Assembly: GCA_029249225.1 (NCBI GenBank)
Contig: JAQWHT010000114.1
Location: forward strand, 32,103-96,102
Source of the DNA: Flavobacteriaceae bacterium
Lineage (GTDB): Bacteria; Bacteroidota; Bacteroidia; Flavobacteriales; Flavobacteriaceae
DNA length: 64,000 bases
Reading direction: 5' to 3'
Shown: positions 48,412-57,387 of the stretch, one piece after another
Layout: every line of letters begins with the position of its first letter
Position numbering within the stretch: position 1 is the first letter of the stretch
The notes under the pieces: generated by a model
What the model was told of the DNA's origin: nothing
The model's input: only the letters and a program-made list of their open reading frames with translations
Database searches by the model: none
Program-made: the position numbers and the translations under genes

Positions 48412-49449
48412 CTATCCAGTATAAGGACTTATTGTTTTAATCGTTCCATCATCAAGGTAAGTAATCTCGGTAACTTTTACAGACCTTAAATGGGTAATCC
48501 CTTTTGAAAGGGAAGAGTCGTGATAAAAAAGATAAGATTTGCCCTCAATTTCACATATTGAATGGTGTGTGGTCCATCCAACAACTGGATTTAACACTCG
48601 CCCTTTGTAAGTAAAAGGACCGTAAGGGCTTTCTCCAATAGCATAACAAATAAAGTGTGTATCTCCCGTTGAGTAGGAGAAATAATATTTCCCATGGTGT
48701 TTGTGTAGCCAAGCTGCCTCAAAGAAACGGCGATCATGATCTCCTGCGAGCAACAAAGCCCTGTGTTCATCTAAGAGTTTTATTTCTTTTGGGTACTCAT
48801 CAAACTCTAATAGGTCTTCTCTCATTTTAGCTACCATAGGGAGCAAAGCGGCTTCGTTCTCTTTTGGAATAAAAGCGGTAGGACTTTCAGGTTCGCGACT
48901 ATTAAATGTCCCTGTTCTCCAGCGTTGCAGCTGTCCCCCCCAGAGTCCACCAAAATACATATAATAGCTGCCATCGTCATCTTTAAAAACGGCGGGATCA
49001 ATGGAAAAACTATTTTTTATTGCCTTGGGTTGGGCTTTAAACGGCCCTGTAGGCGAGAGACTCGTTGCTACTCCAATTCTAAAGACACCTTCATAATCTT
49101 TGGCAGGGAAAAAGAGATAGTAAACCCCTTCTTTTTCGTTTGCATCTGGGGCCCACATTTGTTTTTCAGCCCAGAGCACATCGTTTACATGTAAGGCAAT
49201 ACCATGATCGGTTACCTTACCGTTGATTTTATCCATTGAAAGCACATGATAGTCTTCCATGGCAAAGTGGCTCCCTAAATCGTCAAAAGCCTCTCCAGCA
49301 TCTATATCGTGAGAGGGGTAGATGTAAATTATTCCATCAAAAACATGTGCCGAGGGGTCTGCTGTATATAGATGATTTACAAGAGGCTGGGAAAGCGCTT
49401 TTCTATCCAAATCTTCAAAATCAATATGGTCAATATTATCTTCTGGCAT
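48412..49449 (-). CDS. GH43 family beta-xylosidase/alpha-L-arabinofuranosidase, cytoplasmic
   Basis: No signal peptide. YTADPSAHVFDG at the N-terminus, WAPD, and five-bladed propeller-like repeats. Confidence 0.8.
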   Translation of the reverse strand: MPEDNIDHIDFEDLDRKALSQPLVNHLYTADPSAHVFDGIIYIYPSHDIDAGEAFDDLGSHFAMEDYHVLSMDKINGKVTDHGIALHVNDVLWAEKQMWAPDANEKEGVYYLFFPAKDYEGVFRIGVATSLSPTGPFKAQPKAIKNSFSIDPAVFKDDDGSYYMYFGGLWGGQLQRWRTGTFNSREPESPTAFIPKENEAALLPMVAKMREDLLEFDEYPKEIKLLDEHRALLLAGDHDRRFFEAAWLHKHHGKYYFSYSTGDTHFICYAIGESPYGPFTYKGRVLNPVVGWTTHHSICEIEGKSYLFYHDSSLSKGITHLRSVKVTEITYLDDGTIKTISPYTG

Positions 49450-49452
49450 AAT

Positions 49453-50922
49453 TTATTCTGTTCTTCTTTGTTTTAATTCAGTTTCTATTTGAATTTCCAT
49501 TGGCTTATTTATTTCATAAAATAATAAAAGACCACACCCTATTAAAAATGGAATTGAGGGATAAATACTGACTAACATTCGCGTGCCTTCGATGACACTT
49601 TCAGGCTGGGGAATGAATTCAATAGTGGTCCCTTGGCTCTGGGCAGTCTCTTTGGTAATGTATCCATAAGCGCCGAGGATAGATGTGACCAATGAACTAC
49701 CGATGGTGAGTCCACCCTTTAATCCTACCATCATCGCTGAAAATATAATTGCCGTAGCGCGCCTGTTATTTTTCCATTCTGAATAGTCAGCTACATCAGC
49801 AATCATTGCCCACAGAATAGGGATGGTAATTCCATAAAAAAAGCCATGGCCAATTTGTGCCACAAACATCAGTTCTACAGAGCTGGGTGTGAAGAAATAA
49901 AACACCGTGATAAAAAGTGTGGAGATAAAAAGGAAGAGGTTGAAAATGTCCCTCTTTCCGTATTTGTCTGCCAATCTTTTCGATAAGCCTATTCCAAAAA
50001 TCATAAATACTATACCGCCAGCGTTAAATAAACCGAAACCTGCGGATAAGGGATCTGCACCAAAAAAATTAATTCCAATACCAGATAAAAAGTCTAAAAT
50101 GGGACTAATAAAATAGATCAGTCGCTCTTTGTCAACATAATTTTTAAAATAATAGACATACGATCCCCCTTTCAATGCGAGCGTGATAAAAATCAAGGTT
50201 GTCAACGTTAAGATGATCAGCCAGGGTCTACTTTTAAATAAGTCCGAAAGGTCTTCTTTCACACTTGACTTTTGCTCTGGCTTGGGAATAATACGCTCTT
50301 TTGTTGTAAAAAATGTTATCAATAACATAAGTGTTCCAATTATGGCCAACCAAGTCATGACAATTTCGATCCCCTGAGCTTTATCTCCTCCTCCAGCAGT
50401 CTCAATGATTGGGAGCATAAATACTTGTACAAAAAACTGTGCAAACATTACTGCTACAAACCGAAAGGAAGATAAACTGTTCCGATCACTCATATTTCCA
50501 GTAATCACTCCACTTAATGCTGAATAGGGTAAATTATTTGCTGCATAAAACAGTAACAACAGCGTGTAGGTGACGGCAGCATAAATTACCTTTCCTTTGT
50601 ATTGGAAATCAGGGGTGCTAAATGCTAAAAGCGCAACGACTCCTAAAGGAATAGAAGTGTAAAGAATCCAGGGTCTAAACTTTCCCCATTTAGAGTTTGT
50701 CCTATCACTTAAAGTTCCAATAATTGGATTGAATCCAAAAGCTGCAAGTAGTCCCACAACAAGAATAATTGCTGAGGCATCACTAGTTTCAAGCCCGTAA
50801 ATATCTGTATAGAAAAAAGCTAAATAGGTCACCAACGTCTGGAAAACAAGGTTGGCAGCCAAGTCACCAAGACTGTATCCTACCTTTTCTTTTATGGACA
50901 ATACTTGAGTTTTTGGATTCAT
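49453..50922 (-). CDS. glycoside-pentoside-hexuronide (GPH) family cation symporter (xyloside transporter-like)
   Basis: 12-TM MFS-like protein. N-terminal KVGYSLGDLAANLVFQ and LSDRTNSKWGKFRPW motifs. The start is moved to ATG 50922, just downstream of the GH10 stop. Confidence 0.8.
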   Translation of the reverse strand: MNPKTQVLSIKEKVGYSLGDLAANLVFQTLVTYLAFFYTDIYGLETSDASAIILVVGLLAAFGFNPIIGTLSDRTNSKWGKFRPWILYTSIPLGVVALLAFSTPDFQYKGKVIYAAVTYTLLLLFYAANNLPYSALSGVITGNMSDRNSLSSFRFVAVMFAQFFVQVFMLPIIETAGGGDKAQGIEIVMTWLAIIGTLMLLITFFTTKERIIPKPEQKSSVKEDLSDLFKSRPWLIILTLTTLIFITLALKGGSYVYYFKNYVDKERLIYFISPILDFLSGIGINFFGADPLSAGFGLFNAGGIVFMIFGIGLSKRLADKYGKRDIFNLFLFISTLFITVFYFFTPSSVELMFVAQIGHGFFYGITIPILWAMIADVADYSEWKNNRRATAIIFSAMMVGLKGGLTIGSSLVTSILGAYGYITKETAQSQGTTIEFIPQPESVIEGTRMLVSIYPSIPFLIGCGLLLFYEINKPMEIQIETELKQRRTE

Positions 50923-50932
50923 CAGGTTTTTA

Positions 50933-52084
50933 TTAAAATTGAGTTTGTTTTTTTTGATTGATAATACCCATGTACGCGTCTTTTTTTTGGTACTCCCTGT
51001 CAAATAAAAGCGGGTAGTTTGTTCTTCCTTTTATGGGCCAATTATTTAACCAACTTTGTTTATCAGAAATTCCCCAAAAGGTAACTCTGCTAATTTTCTC
51101 TTGATGTTTTAAAAATAAAGCGAAGATTTGCTCATAACGTTTTGTTAGCTGAACTTGTATAGAATCAGGGAGCTTTAAAGGATAAGGATTCATTTTGGTA
51201 TTTCCTTCAAATTGTTGGAAATTTTGGTTCTCATCCACACCTTCTAATTCCCACGGATTTGGTAAGACCGAAACGTCAAGCTCTGTAAACATCACCTTTA
51301 CTCCTAATTTTGAAAAGGCAAGTATAGTTTTTTCAATTTCATCCAGTGGAGGATCATTTAAGTTCCAGTGGGCTTGAATGCCAACGGCATCAATTTTAGC
51401 ACCGTTTTTTTGAATGTTCTGGACCAATTTTATAACGCCCTCTCTTTTGGAGGGCTTGCATAAATTATAATCGTTGTAGGTGAGTTCAGCTTTTGGATCT
51501 ACTTCAGCAGCGAGTCGAAAAGCATTTTCAATATATTCTTCTCCCAGCAAAGAATAAAAAATGGATTCTCTTAACGAACCGTCTTCATTAAGTGCTTCAT
51601 TTACCACATCCCAAGAATGAATGCGATTTTTGTACCTACCAACAAGCGCTCTTATGTGGGACTCCATATAATTAGCCATCCTAACACTATCTGTAATTTC
51701 ATTCATGTAGTCTGCAATTTGAGAGTGCCAAACTAGGGTATGACCAACGATATACATGTTGTTTTTTTCTCCTAGTGCAACGAATTTGTCGCTGATCACA
51801 AAATTAAAATTGTTGGGCGAAGGCTCAATATACATCCATTTCAAATTATTCTCCGAAGTAATAGAGTTGAACTCCTTTTTTAACAATAATTTTGCCATTG
51901 AATCTTGCCCAAGAATTTGATTTTGATTGATGGCAGCTCCGATAAAAAAATCGTTATGAAATGTATTTTTTAGCGACGAGGTTTGCTTCTTACTGTGTGT
52001 GTGTTCATGAGTCTTATTATTACAACAAATGCTCGTGAAAAAAAATAAATTAGCAACAATTATTTTTTTGATTAAGGACGACAT
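50933..52084 (-). CDS. GH10 endo-1,4-beta-xylanase, lipoprotein
   Basis: NSITSENNLKW, GHTLVWHSQ, WDVVNEA (acid/base Glu) and FTELDV (nucleophile Glu). Lipobox-like TSICCN. Confidence 0.9.
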   Translation of the reverse strand: MSSLIKKIIVANLFFFTSICCNNKTHEHTHSKKQTSSLKNTFHNDFFIGAAINQNQILGQDSMAKLLLKKEFNSITSENNLKWMYIEPSPNNFNFVISDKFVALGEKNNMYIVGHTLVWHSQIADYMNEITDSVRMANYMESHIRALVGRYKNRIHSWDVVNEALNEDGSLRESIFYSLLGEEYIENAFRLAAEVDPKAELTYNDYNLCKPSKREGVIKLVQNIQKNGAKIDAVGIQAHWNLNDPPLDEIEKTILAFSKLGVKVMFTELDVSVLPNPWELEGVDENQNFQQFEGNTKMNPYPLKLPDSIQVQLTKRYEQIFALFLKHQEKISRVTFWGISDKQSWLNNWPIKGRTNYPLLFDREYQKKDAYMGIINQKKQTQF

Positions 52085-52106
52085 ATCTAAAAAGTAAAAT
52101 TTACAA

Positions 52107-53555
52107 TCATTTAAAAGGATCTTTATTTACTTTTTCTCTCATGACTTTCAATTTCTTGTGGTATTTCTCTATTAATTTAGCATTTTCCGGGCGATTTGAA
52201 ATATCTACATTTTGCTTTCTATCATTTTGAAGATAGTATAACATATTGCCAATATACTCTTCTCCCTCAAAAAATTCAGTATATGAAAAGTTTTTGTCAA
52301 CTACAGCTTCACCTTGTTTATAACGGGTATAAATTTCCTTTTTAAGAATTTTAGTGGGATCTTTTAAAACAGGAATTAAACTTTTTCCTTGAAGGTAATC
52401 TGGAGCTTTAATATTGGCAATTTCGCAAAGTGTTGGATAGACATCTACAAGTTCAGTAAAGGATTCAGTAGTCCTATTGGTGACAAAATTTGGTGATGAA
52501 ATAATGAAGGGAATTTTTATGGCCTCATGAAAAGTACTGTGCTTACACCAAAAACCGTGTTCTCCTAAAAAATATCCATGATCACTCCATAAAATGATCG
52601 TAGTATTTTCTCGTATTCCAATGTCATCTAAACTTTGAACGAGTTCTCCAATGAGGGCATCCATATAACTTACACTAGCATAATACCCGTGAATTAAATC
52701 TCGAGAGAGGGAGTCACTAAGGATACCATCCTCAGGGATTCCTAAATAGTTTTTTCTAAGTTCCGCTGAATTGTGTTGAGCTTCAATCGCAATCTGAGGT
52801 GAATTTTCTGGTTTGTAAGTATTGTCAGCCAATTCAATAGAATCATGATCGTATAGATCCCAATATTTTTTTGGTTGAATAAATGGTAAATGAGGTGATA
52901 CATATCCTACAGCCATAAAAAAAGGCTTATTTTGATCGTTGAGATCTTTCATTTTAGCGATAGCTTTTTTTGTGATTTTCCCATCGTTATATGAATAATT
53001 ATCTACTTCAGGATATTCTAGAATGGGTGTTTTTTTACCGTATTCACCTCGTTCAGCATTATTGATAGTTTCTATTGATTTAGGATCTTGAAAAACATGG
53101 GGGTTCCCTTTATCAACCTCAGACCAATATTTACTAAAATCATCTTCATGGTGATAAATTTTACCGTAACCAATGGTTTCATATCCATTTTCTTTAAAAA
53201 TTTGGTTTAAAGGAATTGCAGATGGAGCATCTACAGAAGCACGAGTTGAAAAATCATTAAATCTTTTCTGACTGGGGCGCACCCCAGTCATAATACTTGC
53301 CCTACTAGCACCACAAACAGCTATATTGGTATAGGCATTATTGAACCGGAGTCCATTGGCGGCGAGCTGATCAATGTTAGGAGTAATCATCTTGGTTTCA
53401 CCGTATGAACCCAGTTTTGGTCTTAAATCATCAATAGAGATAAATAAGATGTTTTGCTTTTCAGACTCTAATTCCTTTGGGTTCTCAGATATACATCCTG
53501 TAATATATAGTGTTAAAAGAGTAAAACCTATATGTTTAATAGCCCTATTTTTCAT
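52107..53555 (-). CDS. S1 family sulfatase, lipoprotein
   Basis: Lipobox ITGCIS, ISIDDLRP, and CGASRASIMTG (C-x-A-x-R variant). Confidence 0.85.
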   Translation of the reverse strand: MKNRAIKHIGFTLLTLYITGCISENPKELESEKQNILFISIDDLRPKLGSYGETKMITPNIDQLAANGLRFNNAYTNIAVCGASRASIMTGVRPSQKRFNDFSTRASVDAPSAIPLNQIFKENGYETIGYGKIYHHEDDFSKYWSEVDKGNPHVFQDPKSIETINNAERGEYGKKTPILEYPEVDNYSYNDGKITKKAIAKMKDLNDQNKPFFMAVGYVSPHLPFIQPKKYWDLYDHDSIELADNTYKPENSPQIAIEAQHNSAELRKNYLGIPEDGILSDSLSRDLIHGYYASVSYMDALIGELVQSLDDIGIRENTTIILWSDHGYFLGEHGFWCKHSTFHEAIKIPFIISSPNFVTNRTTESFTELVDVYPTLCEIANIKAPDYLQGKSLIPVLKDPTKILKKEIYTRYKQGEAVVDKNFSYTEFFEGEEYIGNMLYYLQNDRKQNVDISNRPENAKLIEKYHKKLKVMREKVNKDPFK

Positions 53556-53740
53556 CTAATTAAATTTTAGTAACAACCTTTTAATCAGCAATTTAATTAT
53601 TTTATCTAGATAATATTGAAAATGGACTTTAATTGAAGAGTATTGAATTAACAATCCTTTCGATTTTGATACATCAGATTATAACGATGATCTAAACATA
53701 CAGATCAAGAGTTGATAAATTTTCTGGATACTTGTTTGAA

Positions 53741-56700
53741 TTATTCAAAAGATTCAGTCCTGAGAATCTTTTGTTGAGAATCATAAAATTCAATTTTTTT
53801 AATCTGTTCTGTAATCCAAAAAGTAGAAGTTCCTTGAGATTGAAAACTAAAGCGTCCTTCTTTTGACCTTCTTTGTATGGAATTGGATTTAGAATAAATT
53901 ATACAATCTGTCTCTCCTTCTTTCCAACGAATCATTTTTGGTTCTTGATCAAAAGCGGGTTTAAATATTTTTAAGCTATCATTATTTTGGGAAGCAACAA
54001 AATAGGGCTGTTCTCCGACATTGATTTGTACTAAGCTCTTCCCGTTTTTAGGCACGATAAAATTAGATTGTTCTAGAGTCTGAGGGATAAATCCTTTTTG
54101 TTGGTCGTTAATTAGCACTAAACCTTGAAGGGCGTCCAATCGACCTTGATTAACTTCTACTCCAAAATCATTACCAACGATCAGTAGATCTTCATATCCA
54201 TCTTGGTTCAGATCAAAAGTACTTGTTCCAAATACAGGTGCCCATTGCGCTTCTTTAGGTAGTTTATGAAGTTTAAACTTATTGCTTCCTAAATTTTCAA
54301 CCCAAGAAGTTTCCATCCAGGTAACGTTTTTTATTAGCGCATCAGAAATATTTTGATTTTCAAAAATTTGGTCAACAGTAGCCTCACCAAATGCACTATA
54401 GGAATTAAAACTTTTTCTTAACGCCCTGAATTGTTTGATAACATCATCCCAAGGGTGATAAAGATAGTTTCTCTTGGTTCCAAGACTGTCTCTAACATAA
54501 ATTGAGATAAATGGATCAACACTTCCATTTTCATCAAAATCTTTTGCAATTATGGTCATTGGCATTTTAGATGAAGCTTTGAAAAAGGTATTAAGTCCGA
54601 AATTTCCAAATACATAATCAAGATCACCATCGTTATCTAAATCGGCAGAAGTTGTACTTTTCCACCATCCTTTTGCGGATTCTACTCCCGTATTTTCTAG
54701 TTTTTCAAGGAATCCTTTTTTGTTTTCAAAAAACAAAATAGGCATCCATTCGCCAGTTACAATGAGGTCTTGCCAACCGTCATTATTAAAGTCAGTCCAA
54801 AGGGCATCGTTGATCAATCCTAATTCTTTTTTTCCTGTACTCATTTTATCTGAAGCGTCAACAAAAAGGATTTGATGGGCAGTACTTTTATTTTCTAAAA
54901 GATAGGAACGATCTGAAACTGGATATTGACCTGGGACTACCCTGTTTCCAATAAAAAGGTCAAGGTCACCATCTCCATCAAAATCACCCGGCTTTACACA
55001 AGAACTATTTTTTCCAGCATTGGGTAAGTCAATTTTGGCCTTAGTAAATTCGCCCAAACCATTGTTAATCCATATTGCATCGTCATAGGCTGTTGAATTA
55101 GGAGAAAATTGTCCGGACCCATGAGCAAAATAAACATCTAAATCTCCATCGTTTTCAATATCGAATAGTGCAATACCTGCATCTTCCTCCAGATCCCGAG
55201 CTTCACTTTTAAAGGATTGACTCTTTTTTGAAAAAGTACCGTTTTTATTTTGATAAAAAAGAGTTTCCTTTTTTCCACGACTCCCCCCGATGAGTAAATC
55301 TTCAAGACCATCTCCATTTAGATCGCCAACAACAAGGGCAGGCCCGCTTTGAGAAAACTTCTGAGGAATTGTAATTTGAAGATTAAAGTCAATAAAGTCT
55401 TCGTCAATATCTTGATGAAGAAGTTTTGTAGAAGCACTTTCCTCTGATAACAGAGTTTTTCTTTGTTTTAGACTAGAACTTGTTTTCAACAGATCTTCTT
55501 GATAGGTTAAGGTATTGGTTGTGTTTATCTCGTAATCATACCATTTTTGAGTGCTACCATCAAGCCATCGAACCTCTACCGAGTCTACTTGTTTTTTTGA
55601 GCCTAATCCAAAATGGACCGTTGGCTCGGGTTGTGACAGATACCCTCTACCAGACAAAATTATTTTGGTTTGAATTTCTTCTCCATTGTAGAGTCTCACT
55701 TCGCTTCCAAAAGCTTGTTGATTTTGGGTTTTTCCTACTAAATTGAAACGGATAAAATTGTTTAAACCCGCTTCATTTGACAAGGTGTTTTCCAGTAAGG
55801 TGGCTGGATCATTGATGTTGTTGAGTAGTAGATCTAAATCTCCATCGTTATCTAAATCTCCGTAAACTGCTCCATTTGTATAGGAGGAGAAATCGATGCC
55901 CCAAGAATTCGAAACGTCCTCAAACTTTAGTTTCCCATTATTTTTAAAGGCAAAGTTGGCAACTTTAATCTGTGGAATTGCTGAGAGTAATTGTTCTCTG
56001 CTCACCAATCGATTTGCTGTTACTCTAAAGTCTCCAAAATCCTTATCGATTATATCTTTAGGAAAACCATTAACGATGAACAGATCACTCCAGCCGTCGT
56101 TATCAAAATCAGCAAATAAGCTTGCCCAACTCCAGTCGGTTTCAGCAACACCAGAGCTCATTCCAATTTCACTAAAAAGGGGTAACCCAGTATTTGGATT
56201 GATCCCTTGATTAAGTTGTAAAACATTTCTTGGATATTGATATTCGTAATCGTATCGACGGGTTAAAATTTCTTTGGTATAACTGGTTCCTTTTTGAAAC
56301 AGCTTTTTTCTTTTGTTATAGTAGGGTTGCATTTCAGAGATAAAAACATCTAATTTCCCATCGTTATTTATATCTCCTAAATCACTCCCCATAGAACTTA
56401 AGCTAAAGTGTTTGAACATGGCCCTAGCTTCGTTTTTAAAGGTTTTATTTCCTTGATTAAGATAAACGATATCATTACTCAAATAATCGTTAGAGACATA
56501 TATATCCAATAAACCATCATGATTAATATCTTGTATCAGGGAACTATGACTAAAGCCGTGTAACTTAATATTCGCAGCCTTAGAGATGTCTTTAAAAAAT
56601 GGATGTCCTAAGGATTCTGACCCGATATTTTCATACAGTTTGTCAATACTTAAAATTGCAGTTTCACTTTGTAGATTTTGGAACACATTAGGATCAATAT

Positions 56701-57292
56701 TTTCAATTCGATTTACGCCAATAAATAAATCGAGATCACCGTCATTATCAAAGTCAAAAAACTGGGCATGGGATGAGTAACTATTATCATTTAGACCATA
56801 TGCTTCTGCCTCTTCTTTAAAGCTTGGAGTTCCCTTCTCATCAAAACCTTGATTTATATAAAGTAAATTAGCTCTCAGCTTATCTTCAGTCCTCAAGGTA
56901 TTACAAACATAAATATCTAATAAACCGTCTTGGTTTATATCTACGATATTGACCCCTGAAGACCAGATTAATGAATTTTTCTTTTGGATACCAGCCTTTA
57001 GGCTTTCATTTGCAAATTGGAGTTCTCCCTTGTTGATATACAATTGATTATCGACTTGATTTCCTGCAAAAAAAGCATCGAGTAACCCATCATTGTTCAA
57101 ATCGCCCAAGGCAACACCAGCTCCGTTGTAAAAAAACTCATTATCGAGTATACTTAATGAATCATTTTCTACAATCTTATTATTAAATTCAATTTTGGAA
57201 TATTTGGGGTCAATCCGTTTGAATAATTCATTATTATCTGAACAGGCACAGAAACAGAAAAAAAGGCACAAATGAAGAAGTAATAAACGCAT
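53741..57292 (-). CDS. FG-GAP/VCBS-repeat protein with ASPIC/UnbV-like domains (CRTAC1-like)
   Basis: Lipobox FCACSD after ATG 57292. More than 12 repeats of the D.(D/N)GD.D calcium-loop pattern (DFDNDGDLDLF, DLDNDGDLDLL, DFDGDGDLDLF ...). Confidence 0.75.
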   Translation of the reverse strand: MRLLLLHLCLFFCFCACSDNNELFKRIDPKYSKIEFNNKIVENDSLSILDNEFFYNGAGVALGDLNNDGLLDAFFAGNQVDNQLYINKGELQFANESLKAGIQKKNSLIWSSGVNIVDINQDGLLDIYVCNTLRTEDKLRANLLYINQGFDEKGTPSFKEEAEAYGLNDNSYSSHAQFFDFDNDGDLDLFIGVNRIENIDPNVFQNLQSETAILSIDKLYENIGSESLGHPFFKDISKAANIKLHGFSHSSLIQDINHDGLLDIYVSNDYLSNDIVYLNQGNKTFKNEARAMFKHFSLSSMGSDLGDINNDGKLDVFISEMQPYYNKRKKLFQKGTSYTKEILTRRYDYEYQYPRNVLQLNQGINPNTGLPLFSEIGMSSGVAETDWSWASLFADFDNDGWSDLFIVNGFPKDIIDKDFGDFRVTANRLVSREQLLSAIPQIKVANFAFKNNGKLKFEDVSNSWGIDFSSYTNGAVYGDLDNDGDLDLLLNNINDPATLLENTLSNEAGLNNFIRFNLVGKTQNQQAFGSEVRLYNGEEIQTKIILSGRGYLSQPEPTVHFGLGSKKQVDSVEVRWLDGSTQKWYDYEINTTNTLTYQEDLLKTSSSLKQRKTLLSEESASTKLLHQDIDEDFIDFNLQITIPQKFSQSGPALVVGDLNGDGLEDLLIGGSRGKKETLFYQNKNGTFSKKSQSFKSEARDLEEDAGIALFDIENDGDLDVYFAHGSGQFSPNSTAYDDAIWINNGLGEFTKAKIDLPNAGKNSSCVKPGDFDGDGDLDLFIGNRVVPGQYPVSDRSYLLENKSTAHQILFVDASDKMSTGKKELGLINDALWTDFNNDGWQDLIVTGEWMPILFFENKKGFLEKLENTGVESAKGWWKSTTSADLDNDGDLDYVFGNFGLNTFFKASSKMPMTIIAKDFDENGSVDPFISIYVRDSLGTKRNYLYHPWDDVIKQFRALRKSFNSYSAFGEATVDQIFENQNISDALIKNVTWMETSWVENLGSNKFKLHKLPKEAQWAPVFGTSTFDLNQDGYEDLLIVGNDFGVEVNQGRLDALQGLVLINDQQKGFIPQTLEQSNFIVPKNGKSLVQINVGEQPYFVASQNNDSLKIFKPAFDQEPKMIRWKEGETDCIIYSKSNSIQRRSKEGRFSFQSQGTSTFWITEQIKKIEFYDSQQKILRTESFE

Positions 57293-57338
57293 ATAATATA
57301 TAAAAGAATACAAAAGTAAGGCAGTTAATTATAACAAC

Positions 57339-57368
57339 AAAAAAAGGAGGGCATAGCCCTCCTTTTTA
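57339..57368 (-). terminator. Rho-independent terminator downstream of SusD
   Basis: GGAGGGC-ATA-GCCCTCC is a perfect 7-bp GC-rich stem (57346-57362). On the minus strand it is followed by a run of 7 T, 20 nt after the SusD stop. Confidence 0.7.
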
Positions 57369-57387
57369 AAATTGTACTATTAACAAA

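Noticed and set aside
53601-53612. Perfect 12-bp palindrome TTATCTAGATAA in the 185-bp gap upstream of the sulfatase/GH10 block. It could be an operator.
   Set aside because: In DNA this AT-rich, a 6+6 palindrome is not clearly beyond chance. There is no second copy and no adjacent regulator. It is recorded only as something to test with reporter fusions.
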